A DNA stretch of 42,473 nucleotides from Leidyana gryllorum EB-2025a (GCA_048772705.1 JBLWGC010000079.1:1-42473), one strand, 5' to 3'. Counted from the stretch's first letter, positions 18,748 to 28,337 are shown. Notes: generated by a model not told the origin, from the sequence alone. Made by a program: numbers and translations.

Positions 18748-18820
18748 TACAGCCACCGAGGATCGAACTCGGGACCTTCTGCGTGTGAAGCAGACGTCGT
18801 AACCATTAGACCTTGGCTGG
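18748..18820 (-). pseudogene. trnV: tRNA-Val(CAC), acceptor mutated
   Basis: TTCACAC loop. Confidence 0.78.
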
Positions 18821-18883
18821 TGGATGGTCCCCGCAGCCCAAGAGAAGTGGCGAAGCTTCAGGGAGTAGTGAGGACCAGTTCCA

Positions 18884-18955
18884 AGGTCGCGCCGGGAATC
18901 GAACCCAGGTCGGGAGATTCAGAGTCTCCAGTGCTAACCACTACACCACGCAACC
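18884..18955 (-). tRNA. trnQ: tRNA-Gln(CTG)
   Basis: GGAGA-CTCTGAA-TCTCC arm; intact. Confidence 0.94.
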
Positions 18956-19157
18956 GGTTCAGGCCACCCAAAAGAGTCGGTAGAATCATCCGGACTAGCG
19001 CTTCCTCAACTGGACACACGCAACACGGGTCTCTTTACTGACCTCTGGGAATATTTTAGGTGGCTCGTGTATATAGCGCCCAGCGTAGAGCGTTGGATTT
19101 GTCGGACAGAATGCTCACTTCAATCATTGAAGCAATTGCGCTCTTCGCGAATGCTAC

Positions 19158-19239
19158 CGTCAAGGGTGAGTTTCGAACTCACGCGGGTAACACCCAACGG
19201 CTTAACAGGCCGCCGCCTTAACCACTCGGCCACCTTGCC
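19158..19239 (-). tRNA. tRNA-Ser(GCT)-type body with GTT (Asn) anticodon
   Basis: GCGGC-CTGTTAA-GCCGT arm; long variable arm; G73; G2-A71 mismatch. Confidence 0.8.
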
Positions 19240-19576
19240 AAGAGTTTAATTGATCACACCTTTCGTCGGGAACCCCGTGCAAACTGTTAGTGATGTGGGT
19301 ATAGCCCCTTCTAAATGTCGGTATTTGGCTCTGGAATGACTGTTTGGCGGGGTGGAGGAAGGCCAATCGTGGTGCTTTTTGCGGAGCACATCAGTCGGCT
19401 AGTTGGTCCAGTGAGTGTTTACCTCAACTCTGCCTATTTTCGGTCACTTGAAGGGTGAGCCTGATAAGTTCAAGTTCGCGGTCAAGCGCCGGCCCAACTG
19501 GGCGGGTGTGTTGTTGATGGAGCATCCCCCTGCACCCTTTTGAAAAGGAGGAGATGCATCGAGAGAAGTTTCACGA

Positions 19577-19649
19577 GGGAGTGTAGCGCAGTCGGTAGCG
19601 CCCAGGTCTCATAATCCTCAAGTCGAGGGTTTAAACCTCCCCACTCCCA
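19577..19649 (+). pseudogene. trnM: Elongator tRNA-Met(CAT), T-loop degenerate
   Basis: CTCATAA loop; GTTTAAA T-loop. Confidence 0.78.
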
Positions 19650-19795
19650 CGGTCGGCATCGGAAGCGCCGACTAACTCGTATGGGGCGCCACCTGAGAAG
19701 AATGGACTCCAGCTGTCTGCTAGTGTCTGAGATGTTTGAGTCCAGCTGAGGGGGAATCCAGCATCCGGGTCGGTGCCATCTGTCGTGGCAGAAGT

Positions 19796-19869
19796 GGTCG
19801 CGTAGCTCAGTCGGTTAGAGCGTGAGCCTAATAAGCTCAAGGTCCCCGGTTCGAGCCCGGGCGTGACCA
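19796..19869 (+). tRNA. trnI: tRNA-Ile(AAT)
   Basis: TGAGC-CTAATAA-GCTCA arm; intact. Confidence 0.94.
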
Positions 19870-20220
19870 AGTGAGTGGATCTTCGATAAAGAGTCGCCCT
19901 GCACTCGAGCAACCCCCAACATTCTCCGACCAATACGAAAGGTACATGTTATAAAGTCCTCACTTCCCTGCCGCGCCAGCTCCGTCGGTAGAGCGCAAGA
20001 CTTTCAATGGAGAGACCGCGGGTTCGGGCAGCGCCAGCAGTCCGAGTCAAGCTTGCTGAACCGTATGTGAAGCCACTGGCCGCTAAATGCCGAGTTCGAC
20101 AGGTGGCAACTTGCCCGAGTGTTCAAGGGGGTAGACTAGAAATCTACTGGGTCTGGCCAACGAGGTGGCTGTGTTGGTTCTGGGGGCAACTTGTCCCGTC
20201 GGATCCACTGACGACCAATA

Positions 20221-20292
20221 GGGCTGTTCTGGGAATCGAACCCAGGACTTCTTCCACCCGAAGGAAGAATCATACCACTAGACCAAACAGCC
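20221..20292 (-). tRNA. trnP: tRNA-Pro(CGG)
   Basis: CTTCC-TTCGGGT-GGAAG arm; intact. Confidence 0.93.
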
Positions 20293-20518
20293 GCCTAGCC
20301 GGTGGTTCAACCAGCTGGGCAAAGTCGAGAGACTCGTCTCACTACGTGAAGTATCACTCAATGCCATGAGGTAGGCTAACCCAGATGATGAAACGGTGGC
20401 TTACTATACGAAAGGTACTGGGATCGATTCCCAGCCCATCCGAGTTACATCGATGGAATGTTCGCCGGAGTAGTCTACTTGGCCTATCAACGCTGTCTGT
20501 TGAAACCACATCGCTACT

Positions 20519-20598
20519 TCCGGTGGGACGGAATCGAACCGCCGACTATCTGATGCCAGCACTACAGTCAGATGCTCTACCAACTGAGCTACCCCCGG
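20519..20598 (-). tRNA. trnY: tRNA-Tyr(GTA) with 7-nt intron (20555-20561)
   Basis: C1-G72, A73; TCTGA-CTGTAG-[TGCTGGC]-A-TCAGA. Confidence 0.9.
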
Positions 20599-20791
20599 CC
20601 GTCCAACTGCTCCGGGGTTCGAAAGGCTCAACCCCAGATCCTCGCCCTCTCGCACTGCGGTCTGAGCACAGCCCCTTAGACAAATCGGCCATCTTGCGGG
20701 ATGTTGTTGGCTCGCCGCTCCACGCGTTTTCTGTGCTTGGAATCTCATAATGGAAGAACTTTTGGGGTTGGAGGCCGGCGTGTTCAGAGCA

Positions 20792-20863
20792 TTTGAGATA
20801 GTATAGTGGTTAGTATTTCCGCCTGTCACTCGGAAGACCCGGGTTCGATTCCCGGTCTCAGAG
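20792..20863 (+). pseudogene. trnD: tRNA-Asp(GTC), variant
   Basis: TTTGAGA/TCTCAGA acceptor; 31-39 mismatch. Confidence 0.78.
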
Positions 20864-21000
20864 CAGTTCCAGCCCTCACAACTGGTGCAACTCAGATTTT
20901 GTCTCAGCTGGTCTGGACTTCATTCGGGATTGTACGAGTGGGAGCCGCGTATAGTTGCCGACCTTGGAGAGACGTGGCATTGAGTCAACAACTATCAGAC

Positions 21001-21072
21001 GGGCTGTTCTGGGAACCGAACCCAGGACTTCTTCCACCCGAAGGAAGAATCATACCACTAGACCAAACAGCC
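21001..21072 (-). tRNA. trnP: tRNA-Pro(CGG), A58>G
   Basis: TTCGGGT loop. Confidence 0.82.
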
Positions 21073-21159
21073 GCCTGTCGGTCGTGCAACGCGGTGAGCA
21101 CAGTCGCGAGAGTGGTCATAATATTTGAGAACCAACACATGCGATGGGGTCTGCGCAAC

Positions 21160-21232
21160 GGGCTACTAGCTCAAATGGTAGAGCGCTCGCTTAGCATGCG
21201 AGAGGTACTGGGATCGATGCCCAGGTCGTCCA
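21160..21232 (+). tRNA. trnA: tRNA-Ala(AGC)
   Basis: One acceptor mismatch. Confidence 0.86.
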
Positions 21233-21510
21233 AACTTCGTACGGCTGCACCTGCCGCTATTTATTTCCCGAGCTGAGATAATTGTGCCCTGTAACGATTG
21301 GACAGACCTGGGCATCGCAGTATGTGTGAAGGTTGCCTCAGAGCCCGGATTTCCGAGTTTGTATGTTACAATGACACACTCTGCCGACTAAGATACAAGA
21401 GTCAGTTACATTATTTCAAAGGTCAGTAGAGAGATGTGTGTTGCATGTGCCCAGTTGAGGAGGGCTAGTCCGGATGGCTCTATCAACTCTTTTTTGGGAA
21501 GGACTGAATC

Positions 21511-21582
21511 GGTTACTTGGTGTAGTGGTTAGCACTGGAGACTCTAAATCTCGCGACCTAGCTTCGATTCCCGGCGCGACCT
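21511..21582 (+). pseudogene. tRNA-Gln body with CTA (amber) anticodon, degenerate
   Basis: GGAGA-CTCTAAA-TCTCG arm. Confidence 0.82.
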
Positions 21583-21645
21583 GGAAACTGGTCTCCACTT
21601 ATCCGTGAAACCTCGCCACTTCTCTTGGTCTGCGGGACCTTCGCT

Positions 21646-21718
21646 GCAGCCATGGTCTAGTGGTCACGACGTCTGCTTAACACGCAGAAGGTCCCGAGTT
21701 CGATCCTCGGTGGCTGTA
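21646..21718 (+). tRNA. trnV: tRNA-Val(AAC)
   Basis: Intact. Confidence 0.92.
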
Positions 21719-21886
21719 ACTCGCGTTTGTCAGGTGAGCACCACGAAATCTAAAGCGGAAGAACGAAGTGTCTCCGAGACCGGGAATCGAACCCGGGTCT
21801 TTCCACTAGACCACAAATGCAGAACACGATTTGGTGAATCTTGTACGTGGTGACAGCCATTCCTCATAAGCATATCGATGCATCAA

Positions 21887-21958
21887 AGCCTTCTGCCGGA
21901 ATCGAACCGGCGACTTCTCGCTTACGAAGCGAACGCTCTGCCCCTAAGCTAAGAAGGC
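21887..21958 (-). tRNA. trnT: tRNA-Thr(CGT)
   Basis: Intact. Confidence 0.93.
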
Positions 21959-22090
21959 AACTTAGCTGGAGAATCATGTGGCAGTTGTATCGACAAAAGT
22001 TAGCCGGGTGCCACGTGCACGGCGGGCTGTCCCGCGCGCATCGTGGGGGCATGCTGGGATGAAGTCGCAGGTTGTCCTGACTACAACGCC

Positions 22091-22170
22091 TGACAAGAGT
22101 GGGATTCGAACCCACGCCCTTTCGGACTGCGGCCTGAACACAGCGCCTTGGACCACTCGGCCATCTTGCC
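22091..22170 (-). tRNA. trnL: tRNA-Leu(CAG)
   Basis: CTGTG-TTCAGGC-CGCAG arm; intact. Confidence 0.93.
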
Positions 22171-22372
22171 GAAATGTTGTTGGCTCGCCGCCCCACGCGT
22201 TTTCTATCCGTGGAATCTCAAAATGGAAGAACTTCTGGGGTTGGAGGCCGGCGTATCCAGAGCGTCCGAGATAGTATAGCTATCACGCGGAAGATCAGGG
22301 TCGATTCCCGGTCTCGGAGCACAGTTCGTTTTTCCGCTTCAGATTTCGTGGTGCTCAGATAAAGTTGCGAGC

Positions 22373-22445
22373 TACAGCCACCGAGGATCGAACTCGGGAC
22401 CTTCTGCGTGTGAAGCAGACGTCGTAACCACTAGACCATGGCTGC
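22373..22445 (-). tRNA. trnV: tRNA-Val(CAC)
   Basis: Intact. Confidence 0.93.
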
Positions 22446-22565
22446 GCGGAGCTTTCGGACTGTGAAAGGGGCGTGTGTCTCTGGAAACAGGTATCTGATG
22501 AGGGGCGAAAACCACGGAATGCTATGAGGTCTGCACAGCGGGCGACTAGCTCAACGAGATATTAT

Positions 22566-22636
22566 GCATCTGTGGTCTAGTGGTAGAATGTCTCGTTGCC
22601 ATCGAGACGACCCGGGTTCGATTCCCGGCAGATGCA
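22566..22636 (+). tRNA. trnG: tRNA-Gly(GCC)
   Basis: Fully paired cloverleaf. Confidence 0.95.
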
Positions 22637-22878
22637 GAAGACACACTTGGTTTTCCCACCATTCCAGGGATTCACGCTTGAGTTGCTGTCTGACCGCACG
22701 ACAACTGCTGGATCTGCACCAGCCCGGCCCAGGCCCTGTAGAGATCAAATCTTCTCCCCTTCCCCACTCGGGCAAGTTGGCAACTGTCGAACTTAGTAAC
22801 AGATTCCATCCGTATTCGTCGTAGAATGCTGGGGCTTCTTCGGGTCGAGGGCAACTCTGTATCGCAGATCCACTGCCT

Positions 22879-22952
22879 TGGTCACGTCCGGGCTCGAACC
22901 GGGGACCTTGAGCTTATTAGGCTCACGCTCTAACCGACTGAGCTACGCGACC
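22879..22952 (-). tRNA. trnI: tRNA-Ile(AAT)
   Basis: CTAATAA loop; one T-stem mismatch. Confidence 0.87.
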
Positions 22953-23071
22953 GCCTCCGACGACAGATGGCACCGATTCACTTACTTGATGCCTCTGCGT
23001 CGCCACTGCAATCCTTAGCATGTACTGCTGGTGTTTTGAGCCCAGCCGCCTACTCCGATGATCGCAGCACA

Positions 23072-23153
23072 CGACAACTGCTGGACTTGAACCAGCGCGG
23101 GCCAGGCACAGTAGATTTCTAGTCTACCCCCTTAACCACTCGGGCAAGTTGCC
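23072..23153 (-). tRNA. trnS: tRNA-Ser(AGA)
   Basis: CTAGAAA loop; variable arm. Confidence 0.86.
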
Positions 23154-23457
23154 GCTGTCGAACTTGGCATTTTGCGGCCAGTGGCTTCACATACGATTCA
23201 GCCAGCTTTCCTAGGACTGCTCGCGCCGCCCGAACCCGCGGTTCTCCCTTCAAAAGTCTTGCGCTCTACCGACGGAGTTGGGGCGGCGAGGATGCTCGCC
23301 CCGTACCCGAGGAAGGCACAGGATTCCACGATCAATACAAATGGAATTGGTTACTAAGTCCGAATTTGTATCAGAGATCCACTCACTTGATCACGCCGAC
23401 ATACCATCTTTTCCAAGACGGTACGGCTCTCGGCCGAAGCCCCAACTCAACCACTCG

Positions 23458-23529
23458 TCCACTGTAGTCTAAGTGGCTAGGTTATGCGGCTCTCACCCGT
23501 ACATCCGGGTTCAAGACCCGGCAGTGGAA
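23458..23529 (+). pseudogene. trnE: tRNA-Glu(CTC), degenerate
   Basis: 1-nt deletion; D-stem mismatch. Confidence 0.8.
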
Positions 23530-23597
23530 GCTACTCGAGCAAAGTGCCTCAGTAATCCCCGTCAATAGTGACTGATTCTTGATCTTCGGCCTGGATT

Positions 23598-23669
23598 GCC
23601 TTCTTAGCTTAGGGGCAGAGCATTCGCTTAGTAAGCGAAAGGTCGCCGGTTCGATTCCGGCAGAAGGCT
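23598..23669 (+). tRNA. trnT: tRNA-Thr(AGT)
   Basis: Intact. Confidence 0.94.
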
Positions 23670-23761
23670 CGACTGCATCGACTAGGCACCTGCAAGCGGT
23701 AAGTCCCTTAGCCACGAAGCCGCAAGTTTGGAACCTGCCAGTACCTGAGGCACCCACAGGG

Positions 23762-23833
23762 GGCCGTTTGGTCTAGTGGTATGAATCTTCCTTCGGGTGG
23801 AAGAAGTCCTGGGTTCGACTCCCAGAACAGCCC
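23762..23833 (+). tRNA. trnP: tRNA-Pro(CGG), variant
   Basis: TTCGGGT loop; two mismatches. Confidence 0.76.
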
Positions 23834-23947
23834 GTCTGATAGTTGTTGACGCAACAAGGCACTCGCCCCATCCCGAGACAATGTCCCTGACAGCTAAGAC
23901 AGGATCTGAGTTGTTGACTCAACAGGCTACAACCCGACCATTCGCCC

Positions 23948-24020
23948 AGACGCTACTGGAACTCGAACCCAAAATCCCCGGTTCCGTAGACCGATGCCAT
24001 ATCCATTAGGCCATAGCGCC
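23948..24020 (-). tRNA. trnR: tRNA-Arg(ACG)
   Basis: TCGGT-CTACGGA-ACCGG arm. Confidence 0.86.
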
Positions 24021-24142
24021 GACTAACGGAGCCGTCAAATGGAAGTGTGTAGCGATCCAGAGAGGACATGCGCAGCTACGCCCGATCGTGGGTTTGGACA
24101 GGCTTCACCTACACCTCCCATTCGAGACATCGGTGGACATAC

Positions 24143-24214
24143 TATCCAAGCCAGGATTCGGGCCTGGGTATGCACGGCCACAACTTGCTGTTGTAAGCAC
24201 CAGACGACCCGGAC
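24143..24214 (-). pseudogene. trnH: tRNA-His(GTG), decayed
   Basis: TTGTGGCCGTGC retained. Confidence 0.75.
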
Positions 24215-24483
24215 GATCTTCAAGTGAGGCTGGTATGTCGGCGTGATCAAGTGAGTGGATCTCTGATACAGATTGGGACTTAGTAACCAATTCCATTTGT
24301 ATTGATCGTGGAATCTTGGGCCTTCCTCGGGTACGGGGCGAGCTTCCTTGCCGCCCCAACTCCGTCAGTAGACCGCAAGACTTTTGAAGGGAGATCCGCG
24401 GGTTTGGGCGGCGCGAGCAGTCCCAGTAAAGCTCGCGGAACCGTATGTGAAGCCACTGGCCGCAAAATGCCAAGTTCGACAGC

Positions 24484-24565
24484 GGCAACTTGCCCGAGTG
24501 GTTAAGGGGGTAGACTAGAAATCTACTGGGCCTGGCCCGCGCTGGTTCAAATCCAGCAGTTGTCG
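24484..24565 (+). tRNA. trnS: tRNA-Ser(AGA)
   Basis: Intact. Confidence 0.94.
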
Positions 24566-24629
24566 TGCGATGTGATCGGAGGGTCAAACACCAACTCACG
24601 CATGAAATTCAACCATGTACCATCTTCTC

Positions 24630-24700
24630 TGCATCTGCCGGGAATCGAACCTGGGTCGTCTCGGTGGCAACCACACAGTCTACCACTAAACCACAGATGC
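24630..24700 (-). pseudogene. trnG: tRNA-Gly(GCC), degenerate
   Basis: Anticodon stem broken. Confidence 0.78.
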
Positions 24701-24961
24701 GTGACATCTCCATTCCTGAATACAAAGCGAAGGGTCTTGACTAGTCCAGGCCGTCCAACTTAGGCCGATACATAAAAACCAGGCTCATCGGATACGTGGT
24801 TCCAGAGACACACGCCCCTTTCGCAGTCGGGAAGCTCCGTGCAGCCATCTAGTGGTCACGACGTCTGTTTAGCACCCAAAAGGTCCCGAGTTCCATCCTC
24901 GGTGGCTGTAACACGCATCGTTCAGGTGAGCATCACGAAATCTACAGCGGAAGACGATCTA

Positions 24962-25033
24962 TATCCGAGGCCGGGAATCGAACCCGGGTCTTCCGCGTGA
25001 CAGGCGGAAATACTAACCGCTATACTATCTCGA
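24962..25033 (-). pseudogene. trnD: tRNA-Asp(GTC), acceptor mutated
   Basis: CTGTCAC loop. Confidence 0.76.
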
Positions 25034-25300
25034 GAATCAAAGGAAACAATCCTAAGCGAAATCAACTGTGCCCCGAGACCGGGAAACGAACCCTGGTCTT
25101 CCGCGTGACAGGCGGACATACACGCCGGCCTCCAATCCCAGAAGTCTTTCTATTTTGACTCACGATCAGAAAACGTGTAAAGCGGCGAGCCAAGAGCACT
25201 CCGGCAAGATGGCCGAGTGGTCTAAGGCGCTGTGTTAAGGCCGCAGTCCAAAGGCGAGGATCTGGGGTTGAGCCTTTCGAACCCCGGGGCAGTTGGACGG

Positions 25301-25380
25301 CCGGGGGTAGCTCAGTTGGTAGAGCATCTGACTGTTGTGCTGGCATCAGATAGTAGGCGGTTCGATTCCGTCCCACCGGA
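25301..25380 (+). pseudogene. tRNA-Tyr body (7-nt intron) with GTT anticodon
   Basis: TCTGA-CTGTTG-[TGCTGGC]-A-TCAGA. Confidence 0.8.
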
Positions 25381-25899
25381 AGTAGAGGGGTCATCGGCAA
25401 ACTACTACTCAACCTGATGGACAGCGTTGATAGGCCAACTAGACTACTCCCGCGAGGGTTCCATCTATGTAGTTCGGATGGGCTGGCAATCGATCCCAGA
25501 ACCTTTCGTATACTAAGCCACCGTTTCATCATCTGGAGCTAGCCTCCCTCTATGACTACCTCATGGCATTGAGTGGTACTTCACATAGTGATACGAGTCT
25601 CTCGACTACCTCATGGCATTGAGTGATACTTCACATAGTGATACGAGTCTCTCGACTGTACCCAGCGGGTTGAACCACCGACCAGTCGGCTGTTTGGTCT
25701 AGTGGTATGATCCTTCCTCAGGGTGGAAGTAGTCCTGGTTCGATTCCCAGAACAGCCCTCTTGGTCGTCGGTTGACCCGACGGGACAAGTTGCCCTCAGA
25801 AACAACACAACCACCTCGTTAGCCCACTTGGGTAGGGCAGTCAGGGTAACTAGCATCTCAAGAATCGCATTTCGGCTACCTCTTCCATGTTGCAGACTG

Positions 25900-25971
25900 A
25901 GCATTGTAGCTCAGTGGAAGAGTGTTGGGCTCATAACCGAAAGGTCCGTCGATCGAAACGACGCACTGCTA
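25900..25971 (+). pseudogene. trnM: Initiator tRNA-Met(CAT), stem mismatches
   Basis: Copy of 28787-28858 with two mismatches. Confidence 0.8.
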
Positions 25972-26020
25972 AGTGTGCGCAGAAGCGAAACAGTTATAGA
26001 ATAGATTTTCTCGTGAGCAA

Positions 26021-26092
26021 AGCCTTCTGCCGGAATCGAACCGGCGACCTTTCGCTTACTAAGCGAATGCTCTGCCCCTAAGCTAAGAAGGC
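26021..26092 (-). tRNA. trnT: tRNA-Thr(AGT)
   Basis: Intact. Confidence 0.94.
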
Positions 26093-26220
26093 AATATCAG
26101 CTGGTAATCACGCATCAGTCACTATTGACGGAAGTTACTGGAGCACATTGTTCCACCAGTCAATCCTTCCACTGCTCCACCCAAGGGCAAATAGGGTGTA
26201 ACTAAGTTTAGAGCTTCCTT

Positions 26221-26293
26221 GCCGCCCTAGCTCAGTCGGTAGAGCGCAAGACTTTTAATCTTGCAGTCGCGGGTTCGAGCCCCGCGGACGGTG
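26221..26293 (+). tRNA. trnK: tRNA-Lys(TTT)
   Basis: CAAGA-CTTTTAA-TCTTG arm; one acceptor mismatch. Confidence 0.88.
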
Positions 26294-26353
26294 CAAATCA
26301 ATGTCTCTGGGAGTAGGAATGGAACCGTTGCCTACAAGCACACTCAGCTGGAT

Positions 26354-26426
26354 TTCCACTGCCGGGACTTGAACCCGGATCGTGCGGGTGAGAGCCGCAT
26401 ATCCTAGCCACTTAGACTACAGTGGA
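26354..26426 (-). tRNA. trnE: tRNA-Glu(CTC)
   Basis: Intact. Confidence 0.93.
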
Positions 26427-26558
26427 CAACTCCCTCAGCTGCAGCTTTAGCCGAGAGCCGTACCCTCGTGACAAGACGTGGTCTACAACAAAGGGGTTGC
26501 AGAATCCTGCGGTAGAAAGCGGAGGGTCTCTTTACTGACCTCTGAAACATTGTCGCTG

Positions 26559-26631
26559 GGTCTTGTAGCTCGGTCGGCAGAGCGTGTGGCTGTTAACCAC
26601 AAACCCGCCGGTTCGAAACCTGCCAGGACCG
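26559..26631 (+). pseudogene. trnN: tRNA-Asn(GTT), degenerate
   Basis: A14>G; T-stem mismatch. Confidence 0.8.
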
Positions 26632-26749
26632 GTTTTAGAGGCACCCTAGACACTGACTGCGCTGCTCTCCCAATGGCACTTGTGGTCTGCGACCCTTCAA
26701 AGATGTAAGGTTGGGTTTGGCTCCCGCCACGTACAGCCGTAGCGTACTT

Positions 26750-26822
26750 TGGACGACCTGGGCATCGATCCCAGTACCTCTCGCATGCTAAGCGAGCGCT
26801 CTACCATTTGAGCTAGTCGCCC
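26750..26822 (-). tRNA. trnA: tRNA-Ala(AGC)
   Basis: Intact; G3-U70; GGATCGAT T-loop. Confidence 0.94.
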
Positions 26823-27059
26823 ATTGAGCAAACCCCAGTACATCCAGTTCTTTTTTACATGGTATGACCAGTCTCTCCACTTTGCACAAACGAAGCCACG
26901 CAGGAAACGGCTGGAGGGACCCGAATACTCAACCTTCGCCTTAGGAGGGCAACGCGCTATGCATTGCGGCACAACCGCATTCGCAACCCATCCACCGAGC
27001 TGTCCCAAGGTGTCTCCTCTTACACCTAACTAGTATCGAGATGACCGAAGCTTGTCTAT

Positions 27060-27132
27060 GGTGCGGTGGCCTAATGGATAGGGCATCGGTCTTCGGAACC
27101 GGGAGTTGTGGGTTCGAGTCCCATCCGCATCA
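27060..27132 (+). tRNA. trnR: tRNA-Arg(TCG)
   Basis: TCGGT-CTTCGGA-ACCGG arm; intact. Confidence 0.93.
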
Positions 27133-27235
27133 TAGCCTCTCACGCGAAAGACGTTCCGCAAGCTTGCTTGCCGCGCATGTCGAGTTGGAGTGCTCGTGAT
27201 ATGATTTTCCTTCCCTTGGAGAGTGCCTCTGAAAC

Positions 27236-27308
27236 CGGTCCTGGCAGGTTTCGAACCTGCGACTTTGTGGTTAACAGCCACACGCTCTGCCGACTGAGCT
27301 ACAAGACC
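27236..27308 (-). tRNA. trnN: tRNA-Asn(GTT)
   Basis: Fully paired. Confidence 0.94.
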
Positions 27309-27426
27309 CAGCTACAATGTTTCAGAGGTTAGTATAGAGATCCTCCCTTATTCTACCGCAGGATTCTGCAATCACGTCTTGTCAAGAGGGTACGGCTCTC
27401 GGCTAAAGCTGCAGCTGAGGGAGTTG

Positions 27427-27499
27427 TCCACTGTAGTCTAAGTGGCTAGGATATGCGGCTCTCACCCGCACGATCCGGGTTCAAGTCCCGGCAGTGGAA
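27427..27499 (+). tRNA. trnE: tRNA-Glu(CTC)
   Basis: Intact. Confidence 0.93.
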
Positions 27500-27533
27500 A
27501 TCCAGCTGAGTGTGCTTGCAGGCAACAGATCCA

Positions 27534-27606
27534 CACCGCCCGCGGGGCTCGAACCCGCGACTGCAAGATTAAAAGTCTTGCGCTCTACCGACTGAGCTAG
27601 GGCGGC
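27534..27606 (-). tRNA. trnK: tRNA-Lys(TTT)
   Basis: Intact. Confidence 0.94.
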
Positions 27607-27733
27607 AAGGAAGCTCTAAACTTAGTTACACCCTCTTTGCCGTTGGGTGGAGCAGTGGAAGGATTGACTGGTGGAACAATGTGCTCAGTAACTGCCGTCA
27701 ATAGTGACTGATGCGTGATTACCAGCTGATATT

Positions 27734-27805
27734 GCCTTCTAAGCTTAGGGGCAGAGCATTCGCTTAGTAAGCGAAAGGTCGCCGGTTCGATTCCGGCAGA
27801 AGGCT
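27734..27805 (+). tRNA. trnT: tRNA-Thr(AGT), U8>A
   Basis: TTAGTAA loop. Confidence 0.82.
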
Positions 27806-27990
27806 TGACTGCATCGACTGGGCACCAGCTCCAATCATCGTAGCTGAGCCTCGTAGCTCAGCCAGCAGAGAGTAAGTCTCTTAGCCACAAAGTCGCAGGT
27901 TTGGGACCTGCCAGTACCTGAGGCACCCACAGGGGGCCAGACCAGCTGAGACAAAATCTGAGTTGCAGCAGTTGTGAGGGGCTGGAACTG

Positions 27991-28062
27991 CTCTGAGACC
28001 GGGAATCGAACCCGGGTCTTCCGAGTGACAGGCGGAAATACTAACCACTATACTATCTCAAA
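27991..28062 (-). pseudogene. trnD: tRNA-Asp(GTC), variant
   Basis: Inverted copy of 20792-20863. Confidence 0.78.
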
Positions 28063-28257
28063 TGCTCTGAATACGCCGGCCTCCAACCCCAAAAGTTCTT
28101 CCATTATGAGATTCCAAGCACAGAAAACGCGTGGAGCGATGAACCAACAACACTGTGGCAAGATGGCCGAGATGTCTGAGGCGCTGTGCTCAGACCGCAG
28201 TCCGAAAGGGCGAGGATCTCGGGTTGAGCCTTTCGGACCCCCGGAGCAGTTGGACGG

Positions 28258-28337
28258 CCGGGGGTTGCTCAGTTGGTAGAGCATCTGACTGTAGTGCTGG
28301 CATCAGATAGTCGGCGGTTCGATTCCGTCCCACCGGA
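28258..28337 (+). tRNA. trnY: tRNA-Tyr(GTA) with 7-nt intron (28295-28301)
   Basis: As 20519-20598; A9>T. Confidence 0.85.

Larger units (their letters stand above)
26020..27806. repeat. Inverted repeat, arms ~26020-26644 and ~27222-27806 (Thr-Lys-Glu-Asn)
   Basis: Mirrored genes and spacers around an Ala/Arg/Arg core. Confidence 0.92.

Noticed and set aside
19240-19575. Possible 5S, U6 or 7SL RNA gene in the longest tRNA-poor spacer
   Set aside because: I recognised no diagnostic motifs and part of it resembles a decayed Pro 5' end; an Rfam scan would be needed to exclude it fully
26676-26735. Opal suppressor or Sec tRNA (CGACC-CTTCAAA, TCA anticodon)
   Set aside because: It is a remnant of Gly(TCC) (41556) with a deleted D-arm and no anticodon 3' stem or T-arm; there is no Sec-type fold
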